The position numbers and the translations under genes were made by a program. A stretch of 64,000 nucleotides of DNA from an uncultured Christensenellaceae bacterium. Its GTDB lineage: Bacteria; Bacillota; Clostridia; Christensenellales; UBA3700. Location of the stretch: positions 198,296-262,295 of the forward strand of contig CALWKS010000003.1 of assembly GCA_944381325.1 (NCBI GenBank), given 5' to 3'. Below the pieces are notes generated by a model. The model was not told the origin of the DNA. It did no database searches and saw only the letters and a program-made list of their open reading frames with translations. This document shows positions 22,162 to 29,756 of the stretch, one piece after another (the stretch's first letter is position 1; every line of letters starts with the position of its first letter).

Positions 22162-22985
22162 GAAAAATCGTTGTCAGACTTTTTATAGCAATAATCCTTA
22201 TCCTGCTGTATCTGCCTATCGTATGGATGATAGTGTTCTCGTTTACTGACACCCCGTCTTTCAGCAACTGGAACGGATTTACGCTCAAAAATTACATCGA
22301 TCTGTTTACGGGACAGAGTTCAAACGCTTCCCGTATTCAGGAAGCAGTGGTCAACACCTTGTTCGTAGGTTTCTTCACGAGTCTGCTCTCAACTATTCTG
22401 GGCACGCTCGGTGCGATAGGACTTCACGCGATACACAATAAGCGTATCAAGGCGGCTTACAGCACAGCAAACCAGATACCTATGATAAACAGTGAAATCG
22501 TTACGGCTATCTCGCTTGCCCTGCTGTTCAACATCATCGCTTCGACCTTCCAGATATCGGGAGGAACGTGGACGGAAACCGCAATCAAGCTGATACTGGC
22601 GCACACGACGTTCTGCACGCCTTACGTTCTTCTCAACGTTCTGCCGCGTCTGCAGAAGTCTGACAATAAAATATACGAAGCCGCACTGGATCTCGGCTGT
22701 ACGCCTTCAAAAGCGATGTTTAAAGTCGTTATCCCCGACATCATGCCCGGCATAATCGTAGGCGCACTGCTCGCGTTCACGCTGTCAATAGACGATTTCG
22801 TGATCACGAAGGTCAACGTTACAAGCTTTGAAACGCTGTCCACTCTGCTCTACGGACTCAAGAGCGGCAAGCACCCGCTGCCTGCAGATATAAAAGCGCT
22901 GTTCTCTATCATTTTCTTTATCGTATTTGCGGGAATAATGATACTGTACAGCCCGAAAGGCAAAGCTAAAGAAGCAAAAAAGTAA
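22155..22985 (+). CDS. potC: spermidine/putrescine ABC transporter permease PotC
   Basis: BPD-type permease with EAA loop YEAALDLGCTPSKAMFKVVIP. Overlaps the potB stop. Confidence 0.85.
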   Translation: MVRKIVVRLFIAIILILLYLPIVWMIVFSFTDTPSFSNWNGFTLKNYIDLFTGQSSNASRIQEAVVNTLFVGFFTSLLSTILGTLGAIGLHAIHNKRIKAAYSTANQIPMINSEIVTAISLALLFNIIASTFQISGGTWTETAIKLILAHTTFCTPYVLLNVLPRLQKSDNKIYEAALDLGCTPSKAMFKVVIPDIMPGIIVGALLAFTLSIDDFVITKVNVTSFETLSTLLYGLKSGKHPLPADIKALFSIIFFIVFAGIMILYSPKGKAKEAKK

Positions 22986-23040
22986 TACCCCTGAAAAGGT
23001 AAAACAAATAAAAAAATCAACAAACGGAAGGAGTATCGTT

Positions 23041-24384
23041 ATGAAAAAAAGAATCACAGTTATCGCAATGGTTCTGGTACTCGCAATGGCTGTAGTCCTG
23101 CCCATCATTCTTACCGGATGCCAGGACAGAAGCGAAATCCTCAAGGTTTACACCTGGTCCGAATATCTCGGCGAAGGTCTTGAGAAAGAATTCGAAGAGT
23201 ACTACACCGCTGTTACAGGCAAAAAAGTCACCGTCAAAATCGACTATTTTGACGAAAACGAGCTTATGTATGCGCAGATCAACACGTCGAAAGCAGACTA
23301 TGACGTTATCTGCCCGTCAGATTATATGATCGAAAAAATGATCAAAGACGGTTTGCTTCTTAAACTCGAAGATATCAACTCTTACGGATACGAAGGTCTC
23401 GAAGACTACAGAAACGGGATGTCTCCTCTCGTTATGAGCGGCGAAAACAATCTGTTTAAGTACGACTATGACCCTGCGACCGGCGAATACAACACCTACA
23501 GCCGCACATATATGTGGGGTACGATGGGTATCCTTTACGCAAAGGATTCAACTGCTTACCAGTCAACCAGCTACGGCACTTACTCTTCAATGCAGGAATA
23601 TGTCGAAGCAAACGGCTGGTCAGTATTCCTCGACAGCGCTATGAAGGACAAATTCAAGCTCAAGAACTCTATGAGAGACACCTACGTAAGCGCGTCCATC
23701 TATACTCTTCTTAACGAGAAATCAAAATATTTCGATCCTTCCGTTACCGTTTCAGGCGCTCTCAACGCTACTGACAACGACAGCGTGAAGAAAATTGAAG
23801 AGATCATGCTTGCACAGAAAGGTCTTGCTGCAGGATACGAGAACGATGAAGGCAAAGAAGAAATCATCAGCGGCGATATCGACATGGTGCTTCAGTGGGC
23901 AGGCGACGCTCTTTATGCAATGACAAGCCTCCAGGAAGAACTCGGCATGGAAAGAGCACTGGGTTATTACATCCCTCAGGAAGGTTCAAACATCTTCTCC
24001 GACGGTTGGTGCATCCCCAAATATGCTAAGAATATCGAAGCTGCAAACCTCTGGATCAACTTCATGTGCCGTCCCGACGTTGCTGTAACCAATATGGATT
24101 ATATCTGCTACACCTCTGGCGTAGCTTCACAGGAAGCATTCGATTACCTCGTTGAGAACTGGGAAAGCGATGCTGAAAACGCTATCCCCGTAGACCTCAG
24201 CTATTTCTTCGGCAAGGATCGCGACTTTGAGACCACCATCATGATCGCACCTGAAGATTACGAAGCGTTCACCGCTCTCTTCCCGACTGAGGAAGCTATC
24301 TCAAGATGTGCAGTCATGCTTGACTTCGGAGACGCTACAGACGCTATGAATACTCTGTGGAGAAACGTCCGCGCAGGAGCTTAA
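23041..24384 (+). CDS. potD: polyamine-type ABC substrate-binding lipoprotein PotD (long form)
   Basis: Lipobox ILTGC. PotD-like blocks (YTWSEYL, DVICPSDYM, GYYIPQEGS, WCIPKYAKN). 447 aa. Confidence 0.78.
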   Translation: MKKRITVIAMVLVLAMAVVLPIILTGCQDRSEILKVYTWSEYLGEGLEKEFEEYYTAVTGKKVTVKIDYFDENELMYAQINTSKADYDVICPSDYMIEKMIKDGLLLKLEDINSYGYEGLEDYRNGMSPLVMSGENNLFKYDYDPATGEYNTYSRTYMWGTMGILYAKDSTAYQSTSYGTYSSMQEYVEANGWSVFLDSAMKDKFKLKNSMRDTYVSASIYTLLNEKSKYFDPSVTVSGALNATDNDSVKKIEEIMLAQKGLAAGYENDEGKEEIISGDIDMVLQWAGDALYAMTSLQEELGMERALGYYIPQEGSNIFSDGWCIPKYAKNIEAANLWINFMCRPDVAVTNMDYICYTSGVASQEAFDYLVENWESDAENAIPVDLSYFFGKDRDFETTIMIAPEDYEAFTALFPTEEAISRCAVMLDFGDATDAMNTLWRNVRAGA

Positions 24385-24406
24385 AGCACTTTAGCCCAAA
24401 CAATAC

Positions 24407-24438
24407 AAGACCTGTCGATTGCGGCAGGTCTTTTTTTG
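24407..24438 (+). terminator. rho-independent terminator after potD
   Basis: AAGACCTG tcgattgcgg CAGGTCTT followed by TTTTTTG. Confidence 0.8.
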
Positions 24439-25189
24439 CTCTTTTTTCTGCCCGTCTCTATAAAATCCGAAAACTCATTGATTAAAAACTTACAAGGTCA
24501 AAAGATTTTCTTGCAGAACGAATAACGGCGTCTTTATTATTCTAATGCAAAATCAATCAAGGCTGTATTTTTCTCCGTTTGCCGTCCGCATTTTTATAAG
24601 ATCGCAAAGCCTTACTCTGGTTTATATTTTGTTTAATATTGTATCCGCAGATAACAACGACTTTTCTTTCACAAAGTCGCCTTGATAATTATGTCTTTGT
24701 ATAATGCGTTGATATCATGTAAGTTATGCGTTTTAATCCGATATAAAAATATATCTTATAATGCGAATTGATCTTCCCAGATATATTCAACAAAAACATT
24801 GATACTTTTACTTTCTGTTTAAAGCGCTTTAATGCCGTTTAAATTATAAAAACGATTATCTGTAATGGAAGAATATGATATTCAGCAATTTCGTCCTATT
24901 CCGCCCTCAGGACGCCCTGACAAGACGTACATTCTTATGTTCAATTAAAATACTGCACGCGGATATAATCAGTTGTCGGTAATGCAGACAACTTATTATG
25001 TCTTCAGACTATAGACTGACTATCAGGATGACCTGCATTGTTTTAACGCATTTAAAGATACGCTTTCAATAACGGTTAATCTTAATTATAAGAAATCGTT
25101 GAACCGGTAAAATAATTTAAACAAAGTCAAGCTAAGGAATTCGTTTTACTGATTTATCGATACCGCAAATATAATACAGCCTGAAAGAA

Positions 25190-25220
25190 TAAAAAAACCG
25201 ACGCGGATTTCCGCGTCGGT
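25190..25220 (-). terminator. rho-independent terminator after surface protein gene
   Basis: ACCGACGCGG attt CCGCGTCGGT. The A-run on plus gives a U-tail on minus. Confidence 0.85.
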
Positions 25221-25239
25221 TGAATTGCTTTGTCTTTTA

Positions 25240-27972
25240 TCAATCTAAGGTTACGATTACAATACCTCTGAACGAACCGCTGCTGAATACGACAACAACA
25301 GTGCCTTCGGTAGTCTGATTGCCGCAGATCATGCTGCCTGAAACGGTCTCGCCTTCTGCCACCTTGTTTGTAGCGGTAATGGTATTGACCGCGCCGTCAT
25401 TGCCTACGTACTGAACGGTTGCCTTGATCTCAGCACCTGGGCTTACGGTAATGTCGCCCGTTACGTTATAAAGCATTCCCTTGAGCACTGCGTTTCTTAC
25501 AGAATTGTCTCCGCTGATAACGCCGAATGCGTCTCCGAGGTTGGTCGCAAGAGTCTGACCGATATCTCCGATCGCAACATAGGTTGACAGACCTTTATCC
25601 GTTCTGTTTTCGGTGTCGCCGAGGATCTCGTCGTAATAATAAACGTTTGTGAGAGTTGCGCCTTCGCCGTTGCATCCTGCAAAACCGCCGTCTCCGTACG
25701 TTGCCGTACCGGTCGTTACGCCGCCTATGCTGTAAGCGTTTTCAACCTTGCCTGCATTGTATCCTGCAAAACCGCCTACGTATTTAGGAGATGTAGCTTT
25801 TACGTTTGCGTAAGAGTTCTCTATCGTTCCGCCGTTGTATCCTACAAAACCGCCTGCAGAGATATTTTCGTTTCTGCCTGCCGCGGTTACGGTATTGCGT
25901 TTAGCATAGTCGTTGCTGAAGTTTGCACCTGCATAGCTGAAAGATATGCTGCCGTCGTTGAGTCCCACGAAACCGCCCGCATAGTTGGGTGCGGAAAGCG
26001 TAACTTCACTTTCGCTGACGACGTTTCCCACTGAATAGCAGTTTATAATGTTGCCGCTGTTTACCGCAACAAAACCGCCTGCGTAGGATTCAGCAACATT
26101 GACTTCCTTTTCTTCTTCGGGAGCCTCGACTTTTGCCGAAACGTTGCCCTTGCTGTTTGAATAAGAAATGGTAGCGCCGCTTGCGTTCTTACCTGCAAGA
26201 CCGCCTGCTATAGCTGCAGTAACGTCTGCGACTGACTGAGATGTGGTTACCGTAGCGTTATTCTGACCGACTATGCCGCCTGCCGTAGCATATTTAGCGT
26301 TTACACTGCCGACGACAACGCAATCCGATACAGTGCCATTGTTGATGCCTGCGATAGCGCCTGCAAATTTTGCGGTTTCGCTATTCAGAGTTACGTTGAC
26401 GAGCTTGAGTCCTGCAACGCTTGCTCCTGCTTTGATCTCACCGAAGAAGCCGACGTTTTCACCGTCTCCGATGATAGTTATATCGGATATGATATATTCG
26501 CCACCGTCGAACTTTCCTCCAAAAGTTCCGACTGAAGCCCATTCGTATCCTTCAAAATCAATGTTCGCCGTCTGCTTGAAAGAAGCATCGGGGTTTTTAA
26601 CGATATAAGCAAGTTCTGCCGCCGAACTGATAAGGTAATTGCCGTTGCCGTCCTTGAGCGGAGTCTTATAGCTGAGGTACTGCTCTTCAGCTTTTACCGC
26701 AGTGCCTGCGATAACGCCGTTGCCGCTACGCGATGCAGATATTTCAGCAGTAAAGCGCTTGCCGTAATATGCGTCGTTGAGAAGATATTCAGTTACTCCT
26801 TCGTTTACCGTTCTGAAACCGTTGTCTATAACATATGAATAAGTCTTTACGCCGTTTTCTTCGGTAACCGTAAGCTTAGCCATATCAGTGTCGCTTGAAA
26901 GGTTGAAGGTTACTCTGTGCGCAGACAGAAGCGCGTCCCCGTCTGAATCGTAAGGAGTAAGGACAAGCGCAAAAGTTTCAACCAATTTGAGCTGTTCTTC
27001 GGTTACAGACCAGCTTGCCGTGGTCGTGCCGTCCTCGTTTTCTTTGAGAACAAGACATCCGTCGCTCAGCTGAGACAGCTTGTAGATGACAAAATCTTCG
27101 TTGACGTCTGTCATTGCGCTGTCCTGATATACGCTGCCGTCGCCCACAGCCTTGATATGAACTGTGTATTCGCCGGGGGTCTGAATATTGAAATTGGTCA
27201 GAAGCACGCTTACGCTTGTGCTGGTGGTAGCCTTTACGGTAGTGCTGTAGACCTCTTCAGGATTGTTTTTATTTCTAGCTTCGAGATAATAGGAAGACGC
27301 GTTTGAAACAGAATTCCAGTAAACTCTGGTGCTTGTGATACTGCTGAGCGTAGGAGCCGAAAGCGTAGCCGAGTTCACGAAAATGCACGCGTCGCTGTAA
27401 GCGCTGTCGCTTTTTTCCGAGCCTTCGGGAGCTATAGCCTTCACCTCAATGGTAAAGCTGCCCGGCTTAGTATATTCTTCTTTGTCGAGAGTGTAGGTCG
27501 TGCCGCTCACTTCAGACATTTCGATGACCGCGCCTTCAGCGCTGATATCTTTATCTGTATATCTTACTCTCAAGGTATAACCTTCAGCGCCATCGACAGC
27601 GTTCCAGCTGACGACTTTAGTAAGTTCGTCATAAGAAACCACCGGGCGTTCAAGCATGCTTGCGACGACGTAGATGTAAGTCTCGCTGTAATCGCTGTAA
27701 ACGTCGCCTTTCTTCGCTCTTACGCGAAGCTCGTAACTGCCGGTCTCCTTCACCTCGATAAAGCAGGTGGTGTCCTTTGTCGTGATCGGGTCTTGTCCCT
27801 GAACAGAGACCTCGTAACTTTCTGCTCCGTCCACAGCCTGCCAGCTGAGCACGTTGCCGCTCATTTCGAGATTCTGAGGAGCACTCAGCGTACCGTTATC
27901 GCACGCAGCGACCCCGAATACAAGACAAACAACAAGCAGTAAAATCGTTGTAATAGCAATTCTGTTTTTCAT
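25240..27972 (-). CDS. cell-surface lipoprotein with three Fn3-like modules and a GLUG-motif beta-helix repeat region
   Basis: Trimmed to MKNRIAITTILLLVVCLVFGVAAC (lipobox). Repeats of type SWQAVDGAESYEVSV / SWNAVDGAEGYTLRV / YWNSVSNASSYYLEA. Seven or more GLUG-like units (AGGFVG.N.G.I..SY). Confidence 0.75.
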   Translation of the reverse strand: MKNRIAITTILLLVVCLVFGVAACDNGTLSAPQNLEMSGNVLSWQAVDGAESYEVSVQGQDPITTKDTTCFIEVKETGSYELRVRAKKGDVYSDYSETYIYVVASMLERPVVSYDELTKVVSWNAVDGAEGYTLRVRYTDKDISAEGAVIEMSEVSGTTYTLDKEEYTKPGSFTIEVKAIAPEGSEKSDSAYSDACIFVNSATLSAPTLSSITSTRVYWNSVSNASSYYLEARNKNNPEEVYSTTVKATTSTSVSVLLTNFNIQTPGEYTVHIKAVGDGSVYQDSAMTDVNEDFVIYKLSQLSDGCLVLKENEDGTTTASWSVTEEQLKLVETFALVLTPYDSDGDALLSAHRVTFNLSSDTDMAKLTVTEENGVKTYSYVIDNGFRTVNEGVTEYLLNDAYYGKRFTAEISASRSGNGVIAGTAVKAEEQYLSYKTPLKDGNGNYLISSAAELAYIVKNPDASFKQTANIDFEGYEWASVGTFGGKFDGGEYIISDITIIGDGENVGFFGEIKAGASVAGLKLVNVTLNSETAKFAGAIAGINNGTVSDCVVVGSVNAKYATAGGIVGQNNATVTTSQSVADVTAAIAGGLAGKNASGATISYSNSKGNVSAKVEAPEEEKEVNVAESYAGGFVAVNSGNIINCYSVGNVVSESEVTLSAPNYAGGFVGLNDGSISFSYAGANFSNDYAKRNTVTAAGRNENISAGGFVGYNGGTIENSYANVKATSPKYVGGFAGYNAGKVENAYSIGGVTTGTATYGDGGFAGCNGEGATLTNVYYYDEILGDTENRTDKGLSTYVAIGDIGQTLATNLGDAFGVISGDNSVRNAVLKGMLYNVTGDITVSPGAEIKATVQYVGNDGAVNTITATNKVAEGETVSGSMICGNQTTEGTVVVVFSSGSFRGIVIVTLD

Positions 27973-28256
27973 AGATACATCCTTATTAGTCCGCATTTTT
28001 GTCAAACTATGCATATCTATCATAGCAAAGTCCGACATAAAATACAAGTAATTATAATATTATTATTTTTATATAAGATAAGAATATCCGTTTTTAGAAG
28101 CACAGTTGAATCTTTGAAGACCGGGTTCTCAATAAGAAGCTTCCTGAGCGCAAAATAATGCAAAACCGATCAATCACTCCTCTTTTTCTCAATACATATA
28201 GCAAATTTTGCTTCAGGATACACAAAATAATTAAAAGTATAAAAATCCGCTTTACG

Positions 28257-28285
28257 TTGACTTATACTCATTTGTATGTTATATT
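28257..28285 (+). promoter_or_regulatory. sigma-A type promoter candidate (TTGACT-17-TATATT, TG-extended) abutting the acyltransferase ATG
   Basis: TTGACT 28257..28262, TGt-TATATT ending at 28285; the ATG is at 28292. Confidence 0.6.
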
Positions 28286-28291
28286 GAAGTT

Positions 28292-29275
28292 ATGGCAGTG
28301 AGAAGAAATATTTCCCAGAAGGATCTGCTCGCAGAAGACAAGAAACCCGTGCAGGAGAGAAACCTGGACAACGCGGGCGAAGAAACCAAAGACGAGCCCC
28401 TTCCCGAAGAAAAAAAGAAGAAGGAAAAAACGCATATCATCCCCGTAGGAGAAACCACCGAGTATCCTGAAAACGAGGATGAACATATGATGGGCAGCAA
28501 TACGTTTCTTGACGTAGTGTTTGACGAGAATTTCGAATATATCATCAGAAATCCGATCAAAAAATTCTTCGGATGTCTGCTGTGGATGTTCGGCATGACT
28601 CTGCTCCCCATCATTACTTTCTTTATGTATGGGTTCAAAGTCAAGAACAAAAAGTATATAAGAAGGATAATAAAATCAGGTTCAGGCGCGCTTACCGTCA
28701 GCAACCACGTTCATATGATGGACTGCGTTATGGCTTGTCAGGCCAACTGGCCCAAGATGAGCTATCTCCCAACCCTGCATACGACTTTTCAGTTGCCCTA
28801 CGTAAGACATATCGTTCATCTGCTCAACGCTTTCCCGATCCCCAATACAACGGCAGGCACAAAAAAATTCATTGAAGAGATGGACGGTCTTCTCAAGCGC
28901 GGCAAATTCGTTCACTTCTTCCCCGAAGGCGCGCTGTGGCCGTGGTACGACAAAATAAGAACGTTTAAGCCCGGAGCGTTCCACTTTGCAGTTAAAAACA
29001 ATGTGCCGGTAATCCCGCTTGCAATAAAATACCGTCCGCGCAAGCTGACGAAGATTTTCAGCAAGCATCCGCTGGTAAGCATTGAGGTTCTGCCTCCCGT
29101 ATATCCCAACACGGAGCTGCCCACAAAAAAGAGCGTATACGACCTGACAATGCGCGTACACGACGCAATAGCCCAGTGCGTAGAATTCAACAACGACAAA
29201 TATTTCAGCCCGAAAATCAAGAAAAAACGTTTCTGGCAACGCTCTTCGAAAGAAGAAAAATCAGACAAAGAATAA
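28292..29275 (+). CDS. 1-acyl-sn-glycerol-3-phosphate acyltransferase family (PlsC/LPLAT) protein
   Basis: HX4D motif NHVHMMD and FFPEGA motif. Lys/Glu-rich 65-aa N-terminal extension, with an alternative start at 28487 (MMGSN, SD GAGGA). Confidence 0.78.
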   Translation: MAVRRNISQKDLLAEDKKPVQERNLDNAGEETKDEPLPEEKKKKEKTHIIPVGETTEYPENEDEHMMGSNTFLDVVFDENFEYIIRNPIKKFFGCLLWMFGMTLLPIITFFMYGFKVKNKKYIRRIIKSGSGALTVSNHVHMMDCVMACQANWPKMSYLPTLHTTFQLPYVRHIVHLLNAFPIPNTTAGTKKFIEEMDGLLKRGKFVHFFPEGALWPWYDKIRTFKPGAFHFAVKNNVPVIPLAIKYRPRKLTKIFSKHPLVSIEVLPPVYPNTELPTKKSVYDLTMRVHDAIAQCVEFNNDKYFSPKIKKKRFWQRSSKEEKSDKE

Positions 29276-29281
29276 CATCAA

Positions 29282-29312
29282 ACGCCGCAAAATGTGCGGC
29301 GTTTTTCTTTTC
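29282..29312 (+). terminator. rho-independent terminator after acyltransferase gene
   Basis: ACGCCGCA aaatg TGCGGCGT followed by TTTTTCTTTTCTT. Confidence 0.8.
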
Positions 29313-29395
29313 TTCCGCTTCACATTCGATGCTCATTTTAAACATTACAATTTAATATTAAATTCCGATATCTTCTTCACTTCTCTTTGTATGAT

Positions 29396-29472
29396 GCGGC
29401 AAAACGAGAAGCTACAAGCGAGAAAAATTTCCCCCAGACAAGGCAAACACCGCAGGCTATACTCTGCATTAC
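29396..29472 (+). repeat. degenerate direct copy of the left arm of the 29539-29698 palindromic element
   Basis: ggcaaaacgaga..agcgaga..cagacaaggcaaac..atactct aligns at roughly 70% with 29546..29622. Confidence 0.5.
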
Positions 29473-29538
29473 CAAAACAAATAATCCTCACAACTATTTT
29501 ACTGACTCAACATTGCAACTCTTAATTAGAATAAAATA

Positions 29539-29698
29539 TGTCTGAGACGGCAAGACGAGACACGGCTATTAGCGAGACAGTTTTGCTCAGACAAGGCGAA
29601 CGACGACGGCAATACTCTTGCGGTATTGTCTAGGAGTTTAACACAGTCTGAGCGAAAAATGTCCGCTTAGAGACTGTCAAGAATTGCCGTCTCAGACA
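29539..29698. repeat. 160-nt long imperfect palindrome (perfect 15-bp termini TGTCTGAGACGGCAA / TTGCCGTCTCAGACA)
   Basis: Nested complementary blocks: 29539-53/29684-98, 29576-81/29673-78, 29585-92/29646-53, and apical CAATAC/GTATTG. Confidence 0.8.
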
Positions 29699-29702
29699 AT
29701 GC

Positions 29703-29734
29703 AAAAAAACAGGTCGGGTTGGCTCCCGACCTGC
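29703..29734 (-). terminator. rho-independent terminator after GH3 gene
   Basis: CAGGTCGGG ttggctc CCGACCTG. The A-run on plus gives a U-tail on minus. Confidence 0.85.
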
Positions 29735-29756
29735 CTTTTAGAAGGGGGTAGGCTAT

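Noticed and set aside
29292-29525. 77-aa ORF downstream of the acyltransferase terminator
   Set aside because: It begins inside the terminator hairpin, has no SD, and covers the degenerate repeat copy. It is unlikely to be coding.
29539-29560. CTGAGA box suggested a TPP (THI-box) riboswitch
   Set aside because: The other conserved THI-box elements (GGGG..GC stem, ACCC, CCTGATC.GG.TAAT) are absent. The element lies between two terminators with no downstream gene to regulate.
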